From Octopus sinensis (taxonomy: Eukaryota): a stretch of 64,000 bases of DNA. Shown piece after piece: positions 12,536 through 24,236 of the stretch (position 1 is the first letter of the stretch; every line of letters starts with the position of its first letter). The notes under the pieces are model-generated. The model had not been told where the DNA came from and did not search any database. It saw nothing but the letters and a program-made list of their open reading frames with translations. The position numbers and the translations under genes are program-made. The stretch is taken from the NCBI RefSeq assembly GCF_006345805.1, contig NC_043004.1:105958001-106022000 (forward strand), written 5' to 3'.

Positions 12536-13021
12536 ATAACCTCCATGTTCCATGTTAGCATGGGTCAATTGTTTATCCAAAATGCTGCACAGTTGAATTA
12601 AGCCTGATGCTAAACAACCAATTCTATAAGATGCTGACCATCAAACATGTTGCGATGAGAGACACAACGTATTGGTTGTGAGATCCTACAACAATTAAAG
12701 TGGACAATGACTTTGACAAACAAATAGTCCCCATGTCTTAATGATGTCGTCTTCCCCTCTTCCAAAACACACACACAACGATCTCACACTCTATAAACTG
12801 TTGCTCTTTTGAACAACACAGATTAACACAAACCTCTGGAAGCTGGGTAACACAAAAATACTATTTAGGATGTAAGATAAACAGATGTAGTGGCCTGCTG
12901 ATTCAATGGGTGAATGAACTTAGAGATAACTGTGAAACACACATGCAAGTGTGATGCAACACATCAGGCTATCGGAAAATCTTCCAGACAACAAGTATTG
13001 CATATCTTTCTGAAGATAAGG

Positions 13022-13086
<65 letters not shown>

Positions 13087-13903
13087 GTACATGTACATGT
13101 ATATATATATATATATGTATATGTATATGTATATGTATGTATATTATGAAACAGAACTTAACCCAACATTTTTGTTCTCTTCTATTTTGAGGTTTTAATT
13201 TCAGTTAACTTTAATGGTCATTGGAAATCTTTTCCAGTTGGGGTAACCATATTTCTCTCCTACAAAAAGAAACCTGTTTCTGTCCCTCTATCATACTTTA
13301 ATTTTTCATTACCCAGTTATAAAGTCATCTCCTCCAATACTTAGTTGAATGGGCCTCATCTTGCGAGTTATTTGATGACCTTGCTAGAGCTGGTGCCATG
13401 TAAAAAGAACCCAGTACATTCTGTAAAGTGCTTGGCGTTAGAAATGGCATTGAGCTGTAGAAACCATACTAAAGCAGACATTGGAGCCTGGTGCTGTCTT
13501 TTGACTTGAAGCATCTAACCCATACCAGCATCAAAAATAGACATTAAATTATGATAATTCCAGTAAGGTGTGGTGCACAGCTGGTTACAAGACTGGACAA
13601 TAGAATCAAAATTTATTAAGTTCAACTAGTGTCATCATTTTGGCATCCTTAGAAAGCCCTTTGTGTGTGTGTGTGTGTATTTACATGAAGTTAGATATAT
13701 ATATATCTGGTCATGGACTGACCAATGGATTCACACCCATAAAGCAACAAGCTTTATAGATGACTCGCCTGACTCTGATGGGCATAGGCATATAACTTCT
13801 CTTCAAACTGGAGGTAGAAAACCATTATGGTCAGTTAATTTGTAAACAAAACAATATTATATTACCTTACTGCTCTACTTTTTCAGATATATGATCCACT
13901 GAC

Positions 13904-13944
<41 letters not shown>

Positions 13945-14187
13945 ATTATAATAATAATAATAATAATAATATCAGTAGCCAGCATATGAAAATAGACCTA
14001 TTAAGGTAAAATCATATTTATAATTATAATTAAGGGCATAGAAAAAAAATCTAGCCTATATGCTGAAAAGAGATGCTAAATCATCCAACTACTTTAAATC
14101 ATCACAAAATTAGAGCACATGTGTAATTTTGTGATGATTTAAAGTGGTTGGACGATTTTCTATGCCCTTAATTATAAATTTGATATA

Positions 14188-15010
14188 CAGGGTAACATGG
14201 GTTTCAATTTTTAATAACTTCCTTAACTTTACAAATGAATGCTTGAAACTTTGATACAATATAAAGGACATAATGGAAATTAATATTCACAAGTCAAATT
14301 TTGCAACACCACTACATCACATATGAAAAATGACTGTCATTTTCGGCTTCGCACACCCGTGCTCTTCCCAAAACTTGCACCATAACACCCTCAAGGGTTT
14401 CAGACCCAACTTCTTTGATTTCTCTATTGATGTTCTCCTTCAGTTGTACCAGAGTCTCCAGTTTCTTGATGTAAACACCCTCTTTCAGGTATTCCTACAA
14501 GAAAAAATCTGGTCTAGTCAAGTCTTGGGAATGTGAAGGTCAGTTGACATTGCTGTAGAGGGAGATAATTCTCTCTCCAAAGCACTGCCGAAGCAACTGC
14601 ATTGTTTCTCTTGTGGTAGAAGCAGTTGCCCCATCTTGCTGGAACCATGGCCAGGAGCAAAAAGGTCTCAATCATGGATACCTGAATGAGAGGGTTTATG
14701 TCAATGAACTGGAGAGCCTGGTGCAACTAAAGGGGAACATCAATAGAGAAATGAGAGAAGTGGGGTCTGAAACGCTTAAGGGTGTTATTTTGCAAGTTTT
14801 GGAAGGAGCACAGGCATGCAAAACTGAAAGTGGCTGCCATTTAAATGATGTCCTTTTTCATATATGATGTAATGGTGTTGCAAAATTTGACTTGTGAATA
14901 TTAATTTCCATTATGTCCTTTATATTGTATCAAAATTTCCTGCATTTATTTGAAAAGTTAAGAAAGTTATTAAAAATTGAAATCCATCAGTGACTTTTGG
15001 AACACTCGCC
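14188..15010. mobile_element. fold-back Tc1/mariner derivative with ~290-bp inverted arms, each carrying the transposase C-terminus
   Basis: 14207-14495 is the reverse complement of 14696-14986. Minus strand reads WFQQDGATASTTRETMQLLRQCFGERIIS...SQDLTRPDFFL*EYLKEGVY; plus strand reads GYLNERVYVNELESLVQLKGNINREMREVGSETL. Left end is TA-CAGGGT. Confidence 0.9.
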
Positions 15011-15024
15011 ATATATATATATAT

Positions 15025-15235
15025 ATAAAGTTAATCCAAACAAGAAAACACAAAAAAAAACACAAGAACGCGAGGATGTGGAACAAATATAGTATTATTG
15101 GATGCTCAGGAAAGAAGGAAAGAAGGAGGGTTTAACGTTTCGAGTGGAGCTCTTCGTCGGAAACATAGGAGAAGGAAAGATCCCGAGAAGGGAAGACAGA
15201 GGAAAAAAAATCGCCAACGGTACACACGAGGTCAC
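15025..15235 (-). mobile_element. Penelope-like pLTR/retrozyme-type repeat with degenerate hammerhead (core 15130-15164)
   Basis: Minus strand gttt-CCGACGA-A-GAGC tcc ACTC-GAAAC-GTT-aaac. Abuts (TA)n and shares the downstream ttcctgagc..aatac motif with the 26.5-kb element. Confidence 0.6.
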
Positions 15236-15599
15236 ATTTATGCAATGGATTTCCACACAGTTTCTATCTACCAAATTCACTTCCATGGCATTGGTCCACC
15301 TGGGGCGAAAGTCGAATGCACTCAAGGTGCCGTGCAGTGGAACTGAAACCAAAACCACATTGATTCAAAACAAGCTTCTTAACCACACACCCATGCCTGC
15401 ACCTGGAAATTTTTCAGTGATAATATTTGTAGCTAAAGGGTAGGTGAATTATATTTTCCTTCTCCCTTGAAAAATCTCTGAAGAACCAAGATTCTCAATA
15501 GAGTCTACAAAATAATTGCTTCAATTTACTCCACCCTCGCTAGTCCCAAAAATAGCTGATAATTCAAGATGTGGTTTTTATCTTCATCTTTCCTTCCTT

Positions 15600-15835
15600 C
15601 CTAACTACTACTACTATTACCACCACCACCAAGACCACTACCACCACCAAAACCATTACCATTATGACTACTATTACTTCTACTACCACTACCACCATCA
15701 CTGCTACTATTACTACAACACCTACTACTACTACTACCAACACTACCACCACCACTACCACCACCGACACAACTACTGTTACTTCTACTACCGCCCCACC
15801 ATCACTACTACTACTACTATCACCACCACAGCAGC
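15600..15835. repeat. mixed (ACT/ACC)n trinucleotide array
   Basis: Directly visible; similar arrays at 19670-19845, 25610-25745, 30675-30770 and 42300-42655. Confidence 0.9.
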
Positions 15836-16354
15836 CATGATTGTCTCAGTCACCAACACATTCAACCCTGACATGAACACACCACAGCATTGTAAGTCTC
15901 TGGGTAAAACAAACGCTTTAGAACCCTTTATTTATTGACAATGTGCAACAGATTTATATTTAGACCTACACCACCCCATGAGTAAATGATGGAACCTTGA
16001 CATGGTTTCTGAACCTGTAAGCAGTAGCTAAAACACCCTCAAATTACATCTTAAAGAAAAATAAAAGGCATAGTGAATAATACAGCATGGGTACACAATA
16101 CCTGGAAACAAAGGGATGATCATGGTCGGAATGTCTTTAATCATAGGGTTACTGTATCAGAGCTGATTCTGGGGTTAAAAAACAACAAACACTACCACCC
16201 CATTCATGAACACTACAACCACTAGACACACCCAAACACACAATACAACTGCTGTTACCATTTCAAGCTTCTCAGTTAAAACCCTTCATTAACTTTCTCT
16301 TCTTCCCCTCCTCCTTCTCTTCACACACATACACATTATTTTTTATTAGTTACT

Positions 16355-16710
16355 ACCTTCGGTAAACCACCTAAGAAACCACCTAAGAAACCACCAGCCA
16401 ACACTAACCTAGCAGACAAGTCTTTTTTTGTTTCCTCACATCTAAAACACAAGAGGGAGGCACCTCCTCTCCTTCCAAACACACACACATACACACAGAT
16501 GAAGAAACTGGAGTGGAGGTGACAAACAGCACATGTTGGGAGAAAGAGGCTTCTTTTAAGCCAAAAACAGTCAAAGAAACACATAAAAGACTTAGTGTGG
16601 TGAATACAACTTCCGTTTCCAATTACCATTTAGCTATAGTCCAACTAACTACCACACAACTGTTATTCCGCTGCTACTCAACTGTTATTCAACTGCTATT
16701 CAACTGACAC
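16355..16710 (-). promoter_or_regulatory. candidate core promoter and non-coding first exon (minus strand)
   Basis: Unique non-TE island. Inr-like TCAGTT at 16707-16702, four CAACTG copies (16657-16706), CGGAAGT (ETS-like) at 16615-16609, possible donor gaag|gtagta after 16357. Confidence 0.3.
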
Positions 16711-16986
16711 TTAATAAGTACTTCAAGAAGCTTTTCAGAGGCATTCACCTGAGACTAATGTGTGATGTCTGATGGCTGCTACTGTGTGCTTGGATTTAAA
16801 GACTATTGGAAGAAAATAGAGCTGAACATATATTTTTCATCATCTTTGAATTTGTCAGAATAATCTTACATAATCAAAAAGGACTTATTACCATATTTAT
16901 GGTGGGGGAGTAACAATACTGTCCTAGGTTTTCCATGTACATGTCTTTCTGTCTGTCTGTCTATTTATTTGTCTCTTTATTTCTTG

Positions 16987-17019
<33 letters not shown>

Positions 17020-18170
17020 TCTCTCTTTATCTATTTATTTATCTGTCTGTCTGTCTCTCTAGCTATCTATTTAGCTATCTACCTATTCTTATAAAGATAT
17101 GTGTGTGCAAGTATGGAGTCTGTACATGTGTGCCTGCGTATTTACATGTGTATGTGTGCATGTGTGTGTTTGTGTGTATGCGTGTGAGTGTATACGAGCA
17201 TGTGTGCATGCGTGTGTGTGCATGTGTGTGCATGTATGTGTGTGTGTGAAGCTTAGTGGTTGAGGTGTTGAGCTTACAACCAAAAAGTCATGTGTTTGAT
17301 TCCAGGATTGAGCAACACTGTGTCCTTGAGCAAGGCACTTCATTTCACAGTGTTCCAGCCTACTCAGTTAAAATTTAGTACCAACCTAGTACCAGGCTAG
17401 TGTTTGCTGGTGCAGCCACATCAACACATACTCAATATCCACTGGTCAAAGAGTGAGTGGTCAAGAAGGTGTCCATGTCTGCTAACAACTACATAAACAA
17501 TTAATACTATCAGTAAAAGCATGGTACCTATGTTACCCAAGTAATTCTTACTTGCAACTGATGGCTTTGGCTATAACAAGAATAATCTCAGTTGAATGAA
17601 ATTTTTCAGCTTTCATCATCATAATCATCATCATAATCATCATCATCATCATCATCATCACATTACTGTCTTGTTTTCCATGCTTGCATGGGTCACGTGA
17701 GACTTTGTTGAGGCAGAATTTTCTATGGCTATAAGGTGGCGAGCTGGCACAAATGTTAGCACACTGGATGAAATGCTTAGCAGTATTTCATCTGTGTTTA
17801 CGTTCTCAGTTCAAATTCCACCGAGATAGGAAGGGGCAAGAGAGTGAGGCAGATGACATTGCACAACCCTCCCTCGTTTAAATCTTTGTCACACACAAAT
17901 CAAGACATCACACACATACATACAGTATACATACATACACACACATATACTACAGGATTCCACAGTTTCTATCTATCAAATTCACTTGCAAAGCATTGGT
18001 TAGTCCAGGGCTACAGCAGAAGACACTTGCCCAATGTGCTATGCACCATAACATTCCATTGATATTCCTACTGATACCATAGATTATCAATGATATAGTA
18101 TGATGTTGTATCTGTGATTGGATTATGGGGAATAAGAGATGTTTGATTTTGATATTATCAACTGTGAAAA

Positions 18171-18377
18171 GGGCAGAAATGTTGGCATGCCAGGTGAAAT
18201 GCTTAGTGGTATTTCGTCTATCTTTATATTCTGAGTTCAAATTTCGCCTAGGTCAACTTTGCCCTTCATCCTTTCGGGGTCGATAAATTAAGTACCAGTT
18301 ACGTACTGAGGTCAATCTAATCAACTAGCCCCTCCTCTCCCAAAATTTCAGGCCTTGTGCCTAGAGTAGAAAAGAAT
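18171..18377 (+). mobile_element. family B tRNA-derived SINE
   Basis: ggcagaaatgttggcatgccaggtgaaatgcttag...gagttcaaatt (B box)...gcccttcatcctttcggggtcgataaattaagtaccag. Best copy at 54545-54766; others at about 1360-1445(-), 5360-5560, 17733-17825, 34480-34690, 39240-39420, 39920-40240, 40331-40546, 57120-57300. Confidence 0.85.
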
Positions 18378-19702
18378 TTTCTATGGTCAGGTGCCCTTCC
18401 TCACACCAACTGCTTCCAAGCAAGGCAATATTTACTTACTCCTGTCCTTCAAAGAACAAATAGCCTGAACATACTTTTACAGAGGGCTGCAAACAAATGG
18501 CTCTGTTTGTGTGAATGGTGTAGCATTTGTTTATAATTTGTTCACAAGTCAACATGAAGAGCAACATACACCCAATCATGCACATGCATGCATGCACTCA
18601 CACACACACTCACATTCACATATACATATGCATACGTATATACACACACATGCACATACACAAGTTTCTTCTAATTTCCATCTGCCAATTTGACACAGAA
18701 GGAGTTGATCACTCCACAGCTATTGTAGAAGACAGTGACTGACAGTGTCCAAGCAATGGGACTGAATTCCAAGCTATGTGGTTCTGAAGCAATCTTCTTT
18801 ACCATGTGTTTCAGGTTCAATTCCACTGCTTAGCACTTTGTTCAAGTGTCTTCTACTGTAGCCCTGCGTTGATCAACGCCTTGCAAGTCAATTTAGTAGA
18901 AGAAAACTATACAAAACCTGTCATGTGTGTATGTGGGAATTTTTCCCTTTTTGCATGCTTTGCAGGAAAAGCCACTGAGTTACAAACAGTGAAGTTTACC
19001 GTCATTCCCCAGACAATAAATTACTCACTTGAAAAACAAGTAAGAGTTGACAATTGGAAAGGCATCCAACAGCAAAATCATAATTCAATAATACATATTC
19101 ATCAAACCCATGCTAGGTTGGAAAAATTGAAGTAAAAGCAAATGATATATAGTAATGTATGAAGAAAAAGAAAAGAAAACACACATTCGATGAATCTCTT
19201 TGTGACTGTAATTGTTCTCTGTCCATAGGAAATGCCTACCTTCATAAAAAATGTTTAATCTGCTTACTTTGGATTATGTCATGCAGATGATTTCAAAAAA
19301 GAATGAAATAGTTCTGAGTATAGTTGCCACTGACTAGAAATTTTGAGAATCATTTAACAACTTAAAAAGAATAAACATTAAACATGTATTTTCATTACAT
19401 TTCTTTCTGTATTCCTTAATTTCAAATTCAAAATGAAGAAACAATTATCTCCTTCATGTTAATCGTCTACCAGGTGACTCTATGAAAAATATGCGAGTTC
19501 TGCATACATATAGAGCCAACATATTTATGATAATATAGTTGACAACTATTAATAGTTTTATGTTAAACAGAGCATTTTTGAGGAGAGAATGATTCATGTA
19601 AAGGTTTTACCATAGAAAGAAACATTCATTTAAATCACATTCATCAGGAAAATGCTCTATTTCACATGAAAAGTGGTGGTGGTGGTGGTGGTGCTGGTGA
19701 TG

Positions 19703-19746
<44 letters not shown>

Positions 19747-19803
19747 GGTGGTGGTGGTGGTGGTGGTGGTGGTAGTAGTAGTAGTGGTGGTATGGTGGTG
19801 GTG

Positions 19804-19839
<36 letters not shown>

Positions 19840-20270
19840 GTTGTATGTATGTTTGTATGTATTGACACCTACTGCTGTAGAATCACTGGAGCATTGTTCA
19901 CGTTTTGATTTCATATCCTACCATATTTAATCTTGCTTCTCATCCTAATTGGATCTCTGAAATAATAAATCCAGTGACTTACGGGGGCTGGATATACAAA
20001 TAATGCTTTCTTCTGAAATGAATGAGATTGTGTCTGTATCAAGAAGTCACCATTGTCACTGTGTGACACCTTTGAGCAACAACACCTAACAGTACACAAC
20101 TTGCTTTAGTTGAGTGGGTAACTTTAGGAAGGACGTCCCGGTATGAAGACATTGAACAGAAGATATCAAAAGAAACAACAATAAACAAATCTATGTTTAT
20201 GGCGTTACGTGATTCAATACATGTATGTAGGTACGTATGTATGTATGTAGGTACGTATGTATGTATGTAT

Positions 20271-20473
20271 GCCATTGTTCAGCTTTAATTCAAGATTTTT
20301 TGCCAATAGACGTAGGAGTTGCTGTGTGGTAAGTAGCTTGCTTACCAGCCACGTGGTTCCAGGTTCAGTCCCACTGCATGGCTCCTTGGGCAAGTGTCTT
20401 CTATTATAGCCTCAGGCCGACCAGAGCCTTGTGAGTGGATTTGGTAGACGGAAACTGAAAGAAGCCCGTCGTA

Positions 20474-20524
<51 letters not shown>

Positions 20525-21193
20525 GTGTGTGTATATGTTTGTGTGTCTGTGTTTGTCCCCCCCAACATCACTTGACACCTGATGCTGGTGTGTTTATGAC
20601 CCCGTAACTTAGCGGTTTGGCAAAAGAGACTGATAGAATAAGTACTAGGCTTACAAAGAATAAGTCCTGGGGTCGATTTGCTCGACTAAAGGCAGTGCTC
20701 CAGCATGGCCATAGTCAAATGACTGAAACAAGTAAAAGAGTAAAAGAGTAATAGAGAAAGAACTGGATTCTAACCCAGATCCAAGGCGCCTTCATTGGAA
20801 TTTCAACATCAACAACAGAGTATTTTTGTTTGTATGTATGTATCTATGTATCTATGTATGTGTGCAGATTTGTATGCTTTGTTTTATGTATGTCTTCTGA
20901 TGCATATAGTTGCATATCTAGACATGCTCATATATATTTAAATGATAAACTTCTGGAAAGTTTTACAGATTTTTACAGTTCCAATGATGGCTTGGATCTC
21001 TAGTCTTTGAATTAGCTTTCTCCTTTCTGGTTTTCAGAAGCCTAATTTCTCTAGATTGGTATTTAGATAGTGTGTTACATATCCCAGGACCCCAATAATT
21101 ACAGGTATAGACCTGAACTTGTAATCTGGATAGAATAACTGCAGATTTCTCAATAGTTCAGCTTAGATATTCTCTTTTTCACTGATCTTCAGC
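20271..21193 (-). pseudogene. R4/Dong-like non-LTR retrotransposon 3' end (RLE C-terminus 21193-20938 plus 3'UTR), interrupted by a SINE
   Basis: LKISEKENI*AELLRNLQLFYPDYKFRSIPVIIGVLGYVTHYLNTNLEKLGF*KPERRKLIQRLEIQAIIGTVKICKTFQKFII* matches the K..KY..L....IPIIIGALG...LG...IQ..A..GT pattern. Tail is (TACA)n at ~20220-20270. Confidence 0.8.
20311..20749 (+). mobile_element. intact family A SINE nested in the R4-like 3'UTR
   Basis: Direct repeat aataga at 20305-20310 and 20750-20755 (TSD). The flanks rejoin as continuous R4-like 3'UTR. Confidence 0.9.
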
Positions 21194-21217
21194 TGTATAT
21201 GTGTGTGTGTATGTATG

Positions 21218-21497
21218 TGTTGTTTGAGGGTACAATGCCCCCCCCCCTGGCAAGAATGGACTGGACCACTACATATAAATAGTAGCGGTCTGAGTGAGTG
21301 AGAAAGTTAGTGCTAGTTCTACAGGTTGTGTGTTGGTAGTTTAAAGTTGGAGTTCAAAATCTAAAGTTCGAGTCAGCATGTTGGCTTGTTGGTTCTTAAA
21401 AGATTGTTGTTACATTCCATGTGGTTACTGCCGTTCGTTTCAATAATATTGCTATTACACTGTTGCAGTGTATTCGTTTATCCATAAAGGTATAACA
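21218..21497 (+). mobile_element. Gypsy 5' LTR (~280 bp)
   Basis: TGTTGT...ATAACA termini, TATAAAT at 21274-21280, immediately followed by a PBS and gag. Confidence 0.75.
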
Positions 21498-21499
21498 TC

Positions 21500-21512
21500 T
21501 GGCGACAAGGAT
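21500..21512 (+). other. primer-binding site complementary to the 3' end of tRNA-Ser(GCU)
   Basis: TGGCGACAAGGAT has one mismatch to TGGCGACGAGGAT and lies 2 nt after the LTR-terminal CA. Confidence 0.8.
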
Positions 21513-21552
21513 CATTCGAAACTCACATTGGTTATCTGACCATTTCTGCGTC

Positions 21553-22085
21553 ATGGAAAACCTATTAGCTGCAGGAGTACAGCTCCAAGAGAAGCAACAG
21601 GAATAACTACAGGAGTCACAAAACCAAATACTACTACAACAACAACAACAATTAATTGTGTTGCTGTTGGCAAAGTCCAAAAGTCCAGTAATCTTGTTTA
21701 TGCCAGGAGGCATGGCTAACGTAATTTCTGAATTTACATATAATCCGGAGGAGGGTATCACATTTCCTGCATGTTATAGAAGATACAAGGAAATTTTTAA
21801 CGAAGAGTGCAAGTCATGGTCAGAGGAGCAGAAAGTCAGGCTTTTACTCCTGCTGAACATGAGCACTACTGTAACTTCACTTCTGCCGAAGAAGTCGAGT
21901 GAGATTGGTTTCCAAGAAACTGTGGAACTGCTTTCAAAAATTTTTTGTGATAGAACTTCATTATTCAACACCAGAATGGAGGGTTGGAACTTAACAAAAA
22001 AATAAGGAGGTGGATTTTATCACCTATGCCAGAGTAGTCAGTTGTATGTCCAAATATTTTGAACTCCAGGACCTCACTGCAATAT
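21553..22085 (+). pseudogene. Gypsy (K02A2.6-like) gag N-terminal fragment, 3'-truncated
   Basis: ISEFTYNPEEGITFPACYRRYKEIFNEECKSWSEEQKVRLLL...LLPKKSSEIGFQETVELLSKIFCDRTSLFNTR..NLTK..DFITYA. This is the pattern of K02A2.6-like Gypsy gag; it has stops and frameshifts and no pol follows. Confidence 0.85.
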
Positions 22086-22450
22086 CTGTCTAGTCTTGCA
22101 AAATTGTTTGTGTTTTTTCTCTAACAATACAAGTTTATGCAAAAAAATTTGAGAAGGCCTTGGGGAAATAAAAAGATTTATTTACCAAATATATTGAAAA
22201 AATGACCTAAACTTTGGCAATGCGAATAAAATATACTACACTATAAATTATGTAGGGTGTGGTATATAAAGTAATATTGGTAAACTGAGCCTGAGACGTA
22301 GGTTCTATTCCCAGTCATATCTGATTTACTTATTCCTGTTATTCTCATTGGAAAGGCTATATTACAATATAAACTGTGTGGTGCTTGTTCACTTATTTAA
22401 TGTCAGTTTTTCTCTGCTAGCTCAAGTTAGACATGGAGGTATCTGAGGCT

Positions 22451-22496
<46 letters not shown>

Positions 22497-23144
22497 CATA
22501 TATATATATAATTAATCCTGGTCATGTTGATTCATTGTTTTTTCTCTTTGCCTTCATAAAAAAGTATGTGTACCGTCATGGAGATTCTTAAAGAGCAGAA
22601 AAGGAAATTTTAACTCCTATTTCTAATTTCGGTCTGTGGTGAAGCATTTAGTTGAACCCTAATTATAATTATGTGGATAATTTTACCTATAAAGGTTATT
22701 TTAACGTACTGATCTACTTGGTAAAATTGTTAATTAATTATTTAATTAATTTGATTAATAAATTTTACCTTCTATTACTAATTTAAAATTATATATATAT
22801 ATATTATATATATATGTATGTATATATATGTACACACACACACACACATGTATCGTCGTCGTCATCATCATCATTGTCATCATTTAGCATCTACTTTCCA
22901 TGCTGGCATGGGTTTGACAGTTTGACTGGAACTGGTAAGCCGGAGAGCTGCACCAAGTTCCAGTCTCATTTGGCATAGTTGTTACAGCAGGCTGTCCTTC
23001 CTAACGCCAACCACTCCAAGAATGTAATCGGTACTTTTACATACCACTGCCATGGGCGCCAGTTACCTGACACCACCAGTATTGGTCATGACTACAATTT
23101 CACTTGGCTTAATGAGTTTTCTCAAGCACAGTATATCACCAAAG

Positions 23145-23465
23145 ATGCGTGGCTTAGTGGTTAGGGCATTCGACTGATGATCGTAAGGTCGTGAGTTCGA
23201 TTCCCGGCGATGCGTTGTGTCCTTGAGCAAGACACTTTATTTCACGTTGCTCCAGTCCACTCAGCTGGCAAAAATGAGTTGTACCAGTAATTCAAAGGGC
23301 CAGCCTTGCCATACTCTGTGTCACGCTGAATCTCCCTGAGAACTACGTTAAGGGTACATGGGTCTGTGGATTGCTCAGCCACTTGCATGTTAATTCCACG
23401 AGCAAGCTGTTCCGTTGATTGTATCAGCTGGGACCCTCATCGTCGTAACCGACGGAGTGCTCCTT
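23145..23465 (+). mobile_element. full-length tRNA-derived CORE-SINE nested in a family C element
   Basis: A box tggcttagtggtt, B box gagttcgattccc, CORE-like tgtgtccttgagcaagacactttatttcacg. 13-bp TSD tatatcaccaaag at 23132-23144 and 23466-23478. Confidence 0.9.
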
Positions 23466-23704
23466 TATATCACCAAAGGTCTCGGTCGCATGTGTAAATA
23501 CCCACACACGCACAAAAAATGGTATTCCTTCAGGTTTGTGATTCCTCTCATGCTCTTGAGGATGTCAAAAGGCTTCCAATTTTCATTCCTCTGAAGTCAA
23601 TTAGACTGACCATCCATTAACAAAAACCTCTGATTACTTAGCACCAACTAATTAACTCTGTTTGTTTGACATTTCTATGTGACAAATTAACATTTACATA
23701 GATG

Positions 23705-23745
<41 letters not shown>

Positions 23746-23805
23746 TTTTATTATTTATACAAAATATCATTATATCCCTATGTAATTGTTAATGTGTTAT
23801 ATACA

Positions 23806-23855
<50 letters not shown>

Positions 23856-23942
23856 TAATTACTTAATTTTACATATATATTATTATTCTGGACTTAATTT
23901 TCCACACATTTCCATTTCTCTCTCTTGCTCTCTCTTGCTCTC

Positions 23943-23976
<34 letters not shown>

Positions 23977-24205
23977 GCCTAATGGTCATGGCACACTTAT
24001 CTTCAGGAATCTGAAAAATCTCCTACATTTAGGTTATCTCTGTTTACTTAACTTCTTTTTTATTCCTTTTTCAACTGTTACTGATATAGTTGTATTTCTA
24101 ACTTGTTTATGTTTGTGTGCTCAAGTCAGCACATGTGTATTTATAAATACATATATATAAACACACACACACACACACACACACACATTTAAATATTAAA
24201 TATTT

Positions 24206-24236
<31 letters not shown>

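Noticed and set aside
16350-16525. + strand peptide TTFGKPPKKPPKKPP after an acceptor-like site
   Set aside because: The pattern comes from a 12-bp duplication and the frame runs into a CA repeat and stops; no support for coding.
23145-23215. tRNA-like sequence with A and B boxes
   Set aside because: It lacks an acceptor stem, continues into a CORE domain and has TSDs. It is a SINE head, not a tRNA gene.
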